A DNA stretch of 61,992 bases, counting the filler, from Candidatus Zapsychrus exili (lineage in GTDB: Bacteria; Omnitrophota; Gorgyraeia; Zapsychrales; Zapsychraceae): the NCBI GenBank assembly GCA_030765585.1. It is 6 parts of 6 records of this genome, joined end to end, with 100 filler letters (N's around TTAATTAATTAA, not from the genome) between each part and the next. Parts side by side here need not be neighbours in the genome. Positions count along the whole stretch, not along the records: positions 29,866 to 43,663 come from JAVCCJ010000067.1; positions 43,764 to 47,658 come from JAVCCJ010000063.1; positions 47,759 to 52,693 come from JAVCCJ010000112.1; 3 more parts are not named here. One strand, given 5' to 3'. Both the position numbers and the translations under genes were made by a program. Below are positions 38,402 to 48,661 of this stretch, one piece after another. Positions within the stretch are counted from its first letter, which is position 1; each line of letters begins with the position of its first letter. A model generated the notes under the pieces. It did not search any database and was not told the DNA's origin. It saw only the letters and a program-made list of their open reading frames with translations.

Positions 38402-41400
38402 ATGTGGCGACAATCCGCAAAGGGACAGCCACCACAATCCACAATGAATAGTCTAAACAAAAAAATAACTTTTATAACAGCGCTAGCTTTCGTAGTATCC
38501 ACCATAAATACAGGATTTTTGTTTGTTGGGACACCTGCCTTTGCAAACGCAGAAGATAAAGATGATTATAGCTATACCGATAAGCTATCAGATCAATATG
38601 GCGAATTAACAGACATAAAAAATAGCATTAAAGACGATATGAACTCAACAGAGGACTTTATTGAATTCTTAAGAAGTTCTATCAAGAAAAAAGATGTATT
38701 AATAGGCGAGCTTACAAAAGAAAAAGAATCTCTTTATAAAAAGATATTAAATATTGATAATCAAAAAAAAGCTCTTGAAGAACAATGTGCTTGTATAGAT
38801 GATAGCGATATAAAGGCCTATGAGAAAGAAATCATAATAGAAGATTTAACCCTCCAGAAAGAATCCTTAATTAATCAAAATACATTCATAAGACAAGAAA
38901 GCATTGCGTTTACAGAAGAGCTAAAGAAATTGCGCGATTTAACTCAAGGCCGTGAACTAGATTTTCAAGTTAGGCTAGAAACAATAAAGGCTCCTTTAAA
39001 TGACAAAATAGCTTTTCTTAATAATAAAATAAAAGAATTAAAGGGCTCTGTATCTAAAGACGAGGGTTTATTTAAGAAAGTGACTCAAGAACAACAAGTA
39101 GCAAAGAGAAACTTATTATTGTTAGAAAAGCAAAATAAAGAGCTTGAATTAAGGCTTGATGTTGCAAAAAAGGTTATAAGAGAGTCTACCAGCAATTTGG
39201 CTGCGCAAGAAGCAGAGCTAAAAAAAGATAAGAGAAAAGAAATAGTTCTGATAGAGAGAAAGTTACAATTTTCTGAAGAAGAAAGAAGAAGAAATCTTAA
39301 AAGTTCGCTTAAAACCCAATTGAAATATGACGCATTAAAACAAAACTTAGAAAATGAAACAAAATTAAAAGAAGAATTTCAAGCAGAGCTAAAAGAAAAC
39401 CAGCAAAAACTCTCAAAGCTAGAGATACTGACTAAAGAAAATGAAGTAAAAGCAAAAAAAGAATTGAGCCTAGAGAAACAAGAGCGACAAAAAGAAACAA
39501 GTTATTTAGAAGGCGAATTATCTAAAGCAGCTGATCAAATAACGACTAATCAAGTTACGATAGATTCTATGAAGGAAGAAGAGCAGGCTCTTACCGCTCG
39601 CATAGGGGAGATAAAGTCAAATTCAAACATTGAACTTAATGCCTACTCAAATGAAGTAAAAGAATTAAGTAGTAAGTTGGTAATACAGGAAAAGGATTTT
39701 AAAGAAAATATTGAAAACCCTCTAAAGGATAAGATTAACTCTTTAGGGAGTGAGATTGATTCTCTTGCAAAAGTAAACTCAAAGAATGAATTCTTAATTA
39801 ATAAATATATCGTCGAACGAAATGAATTAGCAGAAGATTTAAAGACAACAGAGCAAGAGAAAGAAACATTAAATAAATCTCTTGAACTAACTGAAGACTC
39901 TTTAAAAGAAACAGAAAAAAGACTAAATGCAGAAATAGATAGGTTGATTGCGCAAAATAAGAAAGAAATAGATTCTTTAGAAAAAAATATAAAACAATCT
40001 AGAAAAGAAAAAGAACAAACTTTAAATAATTATTTAAACTTAAAGCAGAAGCTTGAAACAACAAATAAAACTTTGCTGCAAGAAAAAAAGACTAAAAAGA
40101 ATTTAGAGGGCGAGGTGCTAGAACTTCAAAGAAAAGTAAGTTCTATAAAATTAAAGACAAAAAAAGAACTAGAAGGCGTGCAAGCTGAATCTAAAAAGAA
40201 TATCGACAGACTAAGAAAAACTATAGAGGAAAAACAGGCGCAGGCGCAAGTGCAATTGGATCAAGAAAAAAGAGTTTGGCAGAAAAAAATAGCAGAACTT
40301 AAAAATGATTTAACTGTTAAGACACAAGAAGCACAAGTGCAAAAGGGCAGAATATTAGAGCTTAAGAGTACAGCTGATGTTCAGATAAATGAAATGGTCG
40401 AATTAAAAACTTTAAACAACACCTTGGTATCTGAGTCTAAAGAAATAAACTTTAAGCTTAGTGAAAAAGAATCACGAATAAACAAGCGAATACTTAAGCT
40501 TAATGGTTCTCTAGAGGGCAAAATAAAATTCTTAGAGAAAGAATTAAAAGCTTTAGGCAGACAAGTTTCTATAAGAGTTGAAGATGAGAGAAGAAAGTTA
40601 GACGAAATATCTCTAATTAAGGATAAAGAAATATACAAAATAAGGACAGATCAAGGCAAAACATCTAATGAACTTGAGAGTACAAAAAAGAATTTAAAGA
40701 CTCTTAAGGAAAATATTACACGCTTGACCGAGTCTAGCAAAAACTTAATAGAGGCTAAAAAGAAAATATTAAAATTAGAAAGTCAGGTAGCTCTTCTTAA
40801 AGATTTAGAAAAAGATCTTGTGGCGAGAAAGCTAACAGAAAAAAGGTTAGGACAAGAAATAGCTTCTTTAAAAGAAAATAATATAACGCTGGAGAATTCA
40901 AATAAAGATTTAAAAGAAAGAAATAAAAAAATTGTTTCACTTCAAAGCGAGCTCAAACTATCTAAAAACGCGCTTAAGAAAATTTCAAATAGTTTTGATG
41001 AGGTATTAGACCAAGAGAAGAAAGTTGTACGACTAGAAAGCGTAGAATTAAGAAAGAGAATTGAAAGTAATAAAAAAATAATGGGGCAAAAAAAAGACGA
41101 GATTAAGAAATATAAGCTAACTATAAAGTCAGCAGAAGCAAAAACAATACAAGCAAACAATAATTATTTTGCGCTTCAAGAAGATTTTGAAGAATTAAAA
41201 AAGAGCTTAGAACAGGAAAAAGGAAATTCAATAAAACAACAAGAAAAAGTAAAAAAGTCTTTAGGAGAAAAAATAGCTCGCCTGCAGCTTCAAATGATAC
41301 AAAACAAAAAAGACACGGATCAAGAGAAAGATAATTTAGTTAAGTCATATGAAAATAGGATAAAAAAATTAAATGCTAATTTTTCAAACATAGAAAAACA

Positions 41401-43663
41401 AATAAAAGAAAAAGAAAAAGTTATAAATAAACTTGAAAAGAACGCAAACTCAGAAAAAATAAAGCTAGATGCGCAAATAGAATCATTAGAGAAAAACAAA
41501 GCTAAGCTCTATGAGGAGTCGCGATACTTAAAAGATAAGCTTAAGAAAACCGAATCTGTTTTATCTAAAAAGTATGCTGATGCCGAAGTTCCTTTAAAGC
41601 TTAAGATAAGAGATCTTAAAGAGCAACTAGCAAATGCAAAAGAACAGATAGAGTTAGATCCTACAGAAGATGTTATTGAGGCTATAATTGCAGACAAAAT
41701 GATATCTGCCAGACTTCCTCTAGAGTCTAAAATATTATCTTTAGAAAAAAACATTGATACCTATAAGAAAAATTTAAAAGATAAAGAAGATAAATTATTA
41801 AGGACTATTTTAGAAAAAGAAAAGATAGATAAAGAATTGGCTGAGTCTCAAAAGCAATATAATCTGATTCAAAAAGAACTTGAAGGAGTTGTGTTGGGAG
41901 ATAATATTTCATCTAAAAGAATAAAACAGATGCGTAAACCTCTTTTAAAAAAGATAGAACGTCTAAAACAAAAGACTAAGGAAAAAGAACAAGCCCTTGA
42001 AATTCGAGAAGAAAAAATAAAACGTCCTCTAGAGAATAGAATTACTTCTCTAGAAGAAAAGCTAGCCTTTAAAGATGAGCTCATACAAAGAAAAACAAAA
42101 GATGTACAAGAGATAACTAAAAAGAGTGCATCATCCTTTAAAAAAATAGCAACACTTGAAGATAAAAATGAAAATTTAGAGAGAAAAATGAAAGTGCTCG
42201 AGGCGAGATTAAAGGATTCTATTGAGTCAACCAAGAATAAAATAATGTCTGCTAAACTTCCGCTAGAAGATAAGATAAAATTATTAAAAGATACATTTGA
42301 GAATAAAAAGAGTGCTATAGAGGAAAAACTTAGCGTTGAGATAGTGGGCTTAAAAGAAAAACTAGATTTGCTAGGCAAGAGATTAAAAGAGTCAGAAAAT
42401 GCAATAAGAGATAAAGAGATGGAAGTGGCAACAAAGGCAAAGAAAGAGAATGAGCTTAAAATAGATATTAAAAATTCTGCTATAGACAAAAGTATGCTTA
42501 AAAATGAAATAGATGCACTTAAATCCGTTTTAAAGAAGCAAGAAGAGTCTTTTAAAGAAAAACAAGATGCCCTAAAGCTATCTTTTGAAGATGATATGGC
42601 TAATCTTAAGGCCAGAAGCACTGATTTGGTTGAGTCGCTTAAACAAAATTTTGAAAATGAGAAATTAATACTCTTAAGAAATTTAGAAGATTTTAAGCTT
42701 CAATTAAAATTAAAAGAACCCAACTTTTTAGAGGACAAAGGAACTCTTAAATCTTTGCAAAGAGATAAAAAAGAGCTGATAAAGCAGTTATCAGAAGAAA
42801 TCTTTAAAAAAGAAAATTTACTTAAGAACATAGAAGAAATTAAAATCGAATTCTCAGAAGAAGAGAGTATATATGATGATAAGATTAACGGCCTTAAAGA
42901 AAAGTTAATTGCTGCTGATAGAAATATTTCAGAAAAACAAAAAATAATAGAATCAATTAAGTCTGAAAAGAACAATATCTTAGCAGGATTTGAATTGATA
43001 ACTAAAGAGCGTGATAATCTTAATACAAAAATAAAGAACAATGAAGAGCTACTTAAACAAAAAGAGCTAGATGCCGAGGAGAACTTAAAGGAAGCAACGA
43101 TGTCTTTTGAAAAACAAACAGAGACATTGAAAGCCGAATTTAAAAAGCTAGAAGAGTCTTTGGCTCATCAATTGCAAGAGAATCAAAAAGAATCTCTAAA
43201 AAACACTAGCGCTTTAAACAAAGATATTGAATCTTTAAATAAAACGATAAAATCTCGTGATAAAAAAATAGTGTCTTTAGAGCAAGATAAAGGAAATTTA
43301 TTGAAGCAAATAGAAGACAAAAGGTCGCAAGTAAGCTTGCTTAATACAGACTTAGTCAATATTAAAGATCGGCTAGCTGATATAGAAAGAAGTATTCCGG
43401 CTAAAATAAAAGAAGCGAAACGACCTTTAGAAGAAAAGCTGGCAGAACTTGTAGAGAGGCAGAAAAGCGATGAATCCAAAATTAAAGAAAAAGATAGTAC
43501 AATCAAATCTGCCAAACGCCATAAAGAAGCTATGGAAAAACAATTGCAGACTATAAAAGAAGAAAAGTCAGATATAATTGTTAAAATGGATAAGTTGAAA
43601 TTAAAATTATCAGACAAAGAAAAGGAAATTAAGCTTAGAGCTTCAAACACAAAAAACAAATTA
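38402..43663 (+). CDS. Giant exported coiled-coil protein (>1700 aa, 3'-truncated by the contig end)
   Basis: Signal-peptide-like N-terminus (likely start ATG 38444, MNSLNKKITF...AFA); K/E/L-rich heptads throughout. Confidence 0.88.
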
Positions 43664-43856
43664 NNNNNNNNNNNNNNNNNNNNNNNNNNNNNNNNNNNNN
43701 NNNNNNNTTAATTAATTAANNNNNNNNNNNNNNNNNNNNNNNNNNNNNNNNNNNNNNNNNNNNCTTCAAAATGTGGTATTCTTTGACCTCTAAGGGTCGT
43801 TTAGGAGTCTTTTCAGGCATGCAACCATTATAACTTAGTATTAAATGGTTATCAAC

Positions 43857-43892
43857 CTTTAGTTGCTATAATGTATATTATAGCAACTAAAG
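43857..43892. other. Palindromic dif-like tyrosine-recombinase site
   Basis: AGTTGCTATAA-TGTATA-TTATAGCAACT (11-6-11), extending to a 16-bp perfect inverted repeat. Confidence 0.65.
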
Positions 43893-44146
43893 AAATTACC
43901 CTTATGTATGCAAATACTTCTTAATAGATCGTAGCTTACTAATTTTATTAATCATTTCTTCGACAGCCACATAAATGCTAAAATGTCCCATAATAAATCC
44001 TTTTTTTAAAAAAAAGAAAATGTTTGACTTCTGAGAATCAAAGAGTATTATAAGATTAATCAATTACAACTGACGTAAGAAATTTTAATATTTATATTCA
44101 GAAATTCGTTTTTTTTGAAAAAATATTGTATACTTTAACTATCTGA

Positions 44147-44220
44147 GTGGTATGGAAACGTATTCCTCCTATCTTGTTGGCGGAGAAGAGGTGCAACGCC
44201 CATACATTACGCCAACAACC
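44147..44220. ncRNA. Candidate structured RNA with a pseudoknot (strand unresolved)
   Basis: GTATGG(44150-55)/CCATAC(44200-05); CCTC(44165-68)/GAGG(44188-91); loop TTGTTGGCG(44174-82) is the perfect complement of CGCCAACAA(44210-18). Confidence 0.5.
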
Positions 44221-44224
44221 TTTT

Positions 44225-44257
44225 AAATGCTCGGGCTATAAATTAGTCCGAGCATTT
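44225..44257. terminator. 14-bp hairpin immediately after the stop codon of 44258-44995
   Basis: AAATGCTCGGGCTA-TAAAT-TAGTCCGAGCATTT. Confidence 0.75.
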
Positions 44258-44995
44258 CTATTTCCCCTCAAAAGGCGACCATCTTTCAATATATTTAAGC
44301 AAATCTAGATAATCAAACATAGGATATATAGTTACTAACTCTAACGTCTTCATATTATATGCCCGCCTGGCAACAACAATGAAATAATTAATATAATATT
44401 TTTCTTCAGCAACCTCTTCTTCATTAAGATCTTCATATGGAATATCAACTTTAGTAACATAAAAAAAATCAATACACTTAAATTTTGGTTTATTAAGCTG
44501 ATAAATCTCTTTGGTTGCTGTTAAAGAAGGAATAATCCAAGGCAATCGACGCGCTCTATAAATCTTATAAAACTCTGGAGAAACAATGTGTCTTCCAGAC
44601 CGATCATCTTTATAATAACAATCGATATGCTCATCTTTGATTTTTATAGTCCTTCCATGAACATCGTTAATATCTAAATTAGTAAGATTATCTATAAAAT
44701 ACAATTCTGCGGTTTCTGTGGTGGTAGTACGAGGCAATAACTTTGTTCTATCGGACACATGAATTTCAGTCATATTCGATATATGATAATGTGCTGTTTT
44801 AGTTAAAAATGTTAAAGTTTTAGCATTAATTGGATTATGAGGATATCTATTTTCACGACATTTAGCAAGTTTTGCTGTTATATAAAATATTATCTGAAGC
44901 AACGGAAGACACTTTAAATTTAATAAAGAAATAGATTCATATATCTCTTTATCTTTTAATTTCGCAATTAAATTAGCATCTATATCTTCTGTCAT
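44258..44995 (-). CDS. Hypothetical protein, probable PBECR-like (BECR-fold) RNase domain
   Basis: DVHGRTI...RARRLPWIIPSL...KEIY...FIVVAR...LVTIYP pattern recalled from PBECR-type domains; not verified by search. Confidence 0.5.
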   Translation of the reverse strand: MTEDIDANLIAKLKDKEIYESISLLNLKCLPLLQIIFYITAKLAKCRENRYPHNPINAKTLTFLTKTAHYHISNMTEIHVSDRTKLLPRTTTTETAELYFIDNLTNLDINDVHGRTIKIKDEHIDCYYKDDRSGRHIVSPEFYKIYRARRLPWIIPSLTATKEIYQLNKPKFKCIDFFYVTKVDIPYEDLNEEEVAEEKYYINYFIVVARRAYNMKTLELVTIYPMFDYLDLLKYIERWSPFEGK

Positions 44996-45104
44996 TCATT
45001 TCCTTTAAATGAAAAATTAATATTATCTAGTACCTTACCACACATACAAGCTTATCTTCAAGCCTATTAATACCTCACTCGATACGTTGGTTTGTTGGAT
45101 GTTA

Positions 45105-45791
45105 TTATATTACATCTTGAAAGTCTTCTTTACGCTTAGTAAGATCAAAGGCTGAGTTATTGGCACTACCAATGTATCTATATTTCTTGTAATCTTCCCA
45201 TAAATTTATTACGGGATAGATATTGTTATTAGCATGTAGTTGGTATTTAAAATTCTCATCGATTATAAATCTCCTCAAAACTACTTTATCTGATCCCAAC
45301 ACGTCAAACAGTAATACATCATTTCTTTTGTATGGAGCTTCAAGTTCAATTGGCACAAGGTCTCCTTTGCCAAATTCTGGAGACATGGCATCATCTTTGA
45401 TTTCAAACATAACAATGCTTGGAACTTGAAAGCTTTTTGCTTCGTTAGCAGAAACAAGGCTTCTTGTATGTGAAGAATGGTAGGTTGTTGATTTGTTTTT
45501 TGCGTAAATATAATCTTTTATTTCTTTGATGGAAAGAATGTGAAATAGACCAGAACCGCTCTCTAGGCATCTGTTGTTTTTTATCATTTTTTCTATATTG
45601 TCTAGAAAAAGTATGGAGGGTGAAATTTCAAAGATATTGCAAAGATTGTTAAGCATATCTTTTCTTGGAATTCGTTTGTTTTTCTCCCAAGCAGAAACTG
45701 CTTTTTGGCTTGCACCAATCTTGTTAGCTAGCTCAGTTTGGTTAAACTTTTTCTTCTTTCGAAGTGTCCTGATGTTTTTGCCTAAGTCCAT
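45105..45791 (-). CDS. CI-like repressor (XRE HTH + S24-like domain)
   Basis: NIRTLRKKKKFNQTELANKIGASQKAVSAWEKNKRIP; DAMSPEF..GD; divergent from the excisionase gene. Confidence 0.88.
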   Translation of the reverse strand: MDLGKNIRTLRKKKKFNQTELANKIGASQKAVSAWEKNKRIPRKDMLNNLCNIFEISPSILFLDNIEKMIKNNRCLESGSGLFHILSIKEIKDYIYAKNKSTTYHSSHTRSLVSANEAKSFQVPSIVMFEIKDDAMSPEFGKGDLVPIELEAPYKRNDVLLFDVLGSDKVVLRRFIIDENFKYQLHANNNIYPVINLWEDYKKYRYIGSANNSAFDLTKRKEDFQDVI

Positions 45792-45952
45792 TTTATTCTC
45801 CTTTTTGAGTAAGTTTAATTTAACTATACCACATTAGAGTAGTAAAATCAAGATATTTACTCGTATATTGTCTGAAAACTTGAATTCTCTAGAAAATGTG
45901 GTATAATTATATTGGCTGATTTGGGATGTATGGAAAGAAAGGAAAGTAAGTT

Positions 45953-46195
45953 ATGATAATAGAACGCAGAGGCTTAGCGAGGCAAGATTTTGGAGATTTA
46001 CATCAAAGAGATTTAAGTATTGTGCAGCAGCGGTTTTTATCGGCAAAAGAAGTAGCTGTCTATCTAGGTCTTAGCATAGGTGCAATACGTAAATGGATAA
46101 GAACAGGCCAGATTCCATTTTCTCGCATGAATGGTAGTATACGTTTTGATGTTGAGAGAATAAATGTATGGGCACAAAAGAATAATGCGCGATAA
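45953..46195 (+). CDS. Excisionase-like HTH protein
   Basis: FLSAKEVAVYLGLSIGAIRKW...IPF...IRF. Confidence 0.88.
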   Translation: MIIERRGLARQDFGDLHQRDLSIVQQRFLSAKEVAVYLGLSIGAIRKWIRTGQIPFSRMNGSIRFDVERINVWAQKNNAR

Positions 46196-46303
46196 CAATT
46201 AATCTTTTTGCGTTTTCTAGTAAATGGACTATACTAATATTAATACTTATAGGTAATAGACCATTTGCAAGAAAGAAAGGAGGCGCAAAGAGGAGGTAAG
46301 CAA

Positions 46304-47434
46304 ATGGGAACTATTTTTAAGCGCCATAAGAAATGGGGCATTAATTATATTGATTCAAACGGCAATCAGGTGCGAAAGATTGTCTCACCATATAAAGAAA
46401 CAGCGTCACGTATTCTTAAGAAAATCGAGACTGATATTGCTGAAGGCAAATATATGGATATCAAAAAGAAGAAGGATATTCTTTTTGAAAATTTTGCTGA
46501 AGAATATATCAATACTTACGTTAAATTAGAGAACAAGAATGTAGGAAAGCAAAGAAATCTAATTAACGGCTTGGTGAGGCATTTTAAAGGAGAGTATCTG
46601 AGCAAAATTAATACTCTTATGGTCAGGCAGTATATGTCAAAAAGATTGGAATCTGTTCGACCTGCTTCTGTAAACAAAGATTATGCTATGCTTAAGTCAA
46701 TGTTTAACAGGGCTATTGAATGGAGCATGTTGCTCGGAACAAATCCAGTAAGCACAATAAAGAAATTGCCAGAGAACAACGAAAGAACTCGTTGGCTAAC
46801 AGAAAATGAACAGGAAAGACTTTTGCTTAATTGCAAAGGTATGACAAAGATCATCGTACTAGTAGCATTAAAGACAGGTTTGCGTTGGGGCGAGATAACT
46901 TCGCTTAAATGGGATCAGTCATCTAATAGCAACTATGTCGATTTTGATAGCAAGACAATCTTAGTTCATGAATCATTAGCTAAAAGCAAGAAATCAAGGC
47001 ACATCCCTTTGTGCAGCTCTGTAGTTACTTTTTTAAAGACAATTCCAAGACAGTCAGATACAGATTATATTTTTTGGAATCCTAAAAAAGAAAAAAGAAT
47101 GCGTTCTATTAGAAAGTCGTTCGACACTGCACTTAAGAAAGCAGACATTATGGATTTTAAGTTTCATGATCTAAGACATACGTTTGCGTCTCAACTTGTT
47201 CGAAACGGAGTGGACTTGTTTGTGGTGCAAAAGTTACTTGGACATTCTAATCCTAAGATGACACAACGATATGCGCATTTGCAGTCTGATCAATTAAGGG
47301 ATGCGATAAGAAAAATTGATAATAGAATAGATTTACAATTTCAAGAAATTATGTATAATACATCTTTGCAAGATAGCACTGTTTTAGCACAATTGCCTTG
47401 CGAAGATAAAACTGAAAATTTCGATATCTTGTAA
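46304..47434 (+). mobile_element. Tyrosine integrase
   Basis: TGLRWGE, KSKKSR, FHDLRHTFAS, LLGH, TQRYAH; AGGAGGT RBS supports ATG 46304 over the track start 46265. Confidence 0.96.
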
Positions 47435-47464
47435 CTCTGTTTATAACATTAATTTACAAATTTT

Positions 47465-47556
47465 GGAGAGGTGCCAGAGTGGTTGAATGGAGCTCACTGC
47501 TAATGAGTTGACCTGGGCAACTGGGTCCTCGGGTTCGAATCCCGGCCTCTCCGCCA
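47465..47556 (+). tRNA. tRNA-Ser(GCT)
   Basis: Acceptor GGAGAGG/CCTCTCC, discriminator G, CCA; anticodon arm GCTCA-CTGCTAA-TGAGT; long variable arm; GGTTCGAATCC T-loop. Confidence 0.96.
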
Positions 47557-47571
47557 TTGTTGACGCTCAGT

Positions 47572-47612
47572 CGAACCCTGTTCCTCATGAAGGAGCGGGG
47601 TTCGCTGTTTTT
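47572..47612 (+). terminator. Terminator after tRNA-Ser
   Basis: CGAACCCTGTTCCT-CATGA-AGGAGCGGGGTTCG followed by CTGTTTTT. Confidence 0.75.
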
Positions 47613-47758
47613 GGGGTTCTTTCAGGGGGAAGTTCTGCACGATCTCGCCGTCCGGTTCNNNNNNNNNNNNNNNNNNNNNNNNNNNNNNNNNNNNNNNNNN
47701 NNTTAATTAATTAANNNNNNNNNNNNNNNNNNNNNNNNNNNNNNNNNNNNNNNNNNNN

Positions 47759-48647
47759 CTACAAAAAGCACTTCTGAACGCTTCGCTTGTACACTAAACC
47801 GTTTATGCGGCCTTATTCCGCCTTTTGGACTCATAAACGGCGGATTTGCTAATATCACATCAAATGTTTCCTGCCATTTTTCCTCCGAAGTTAATGTATC
47901 ATACTCATAGATCTTAGGATTTGTAAATCCATGCAAATACATGTTAACCAGCGACAACCTAACCATATCTGGTGAAATATCATAGCCTGAAAAGTTTTCA
48001 ATAAGCCTTTTCTTTTGAGCTGGGGTTAAATGAACCCTGCCATCTTTTTTATTGCTCTCTAGGATGTGTTTGTACGAAGAAATCAAGAATCCTGCTGTTC
48101 CGCAAGCTGGATCTAGAATAGTCTCGTTCTTCTCAGGATCAACTACATTTACTATAAAATCAATAATATGCCGAGGCGTCCTAAACTGACCAGCATCTCC
48201 TTGTGAACCCATAACAGAAAGTAGATATTCGAAGGCATCACCTAATTTTTCACTATGATCATATTCAAACTCTCCTACAATTTTCAGAAAGCTTTTTAAA
48301 GTTTCAGGATCACGATATGGCAAATAGGCATTTTTAAAAATGTCTCTGAATAATTGTGGGATGTTTGGGTTATGGTTCATTCGTTGAATAGCTTCACCAT
48401 ACAACCCAACAAGCTCATGGCCACTTACACGTGAATCAAATATTTTACTCCAAGTATATTTTGCGTATTCGCCAGTAAAAAATTTCGCTTTGCCGCCAAG
48501 CTCCTCTGATTGCTTATCCATGTCATCCATAAACTTATAGATTAAAGCAATTGTGATTTGTTCAACCTGAGATTTTGGATCAGGCAATTTACCAACAAGT
48601 ATATCCCTTGCTGTATCAATTCGCTTTTTTGTTTCAGTAGTTAGCAT
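47759..48647 (-). CDS. hsdM: Type I restriction-modification methyltransferase (N6-adenine), 3'-truncated
   Basis: GQFRTPRHI, DPACGTAGFL, NPPF. Confidence 0.93.
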
Positions 48648-48661
48648 ATCGCAATTTTCCT

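Noticed and set aside
40381..43659. Long antisense ORFs within the coiled-coil gene, and similar ones opposite groEL, uvrB, accC, crcB and 54581-56863
   Set aside because: Shadow ORFs from codon bias on the coding strand; S/F/L-rich with no motifs.
43764..43820. Minus-strand ORF start MPEKTPKRPLEVKEYHILK at the contig edge
   Set aside because: Only 19 codons are visible, so no call is possible.
44147..44220. c-di-GMP-II riboswitch, HDV-like ribozyme or hammerhead identity for the structured segment
   Set aside because: GGAAAC and GTGCAAC resemble c-di-GMP-II, but the pairing GCAC loop and kink-turn are missing. HDV P3/P1.1 and the hammerhead core could not be fitted.
47465..47714. Selenocysteine tRNA, and ORF 47487-47714
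   Set aside because: The anticodon is GCT with a 7-bp acceptor stem, so it is tRNA-Ser. The ORF overlaps the tRNA and the gap.
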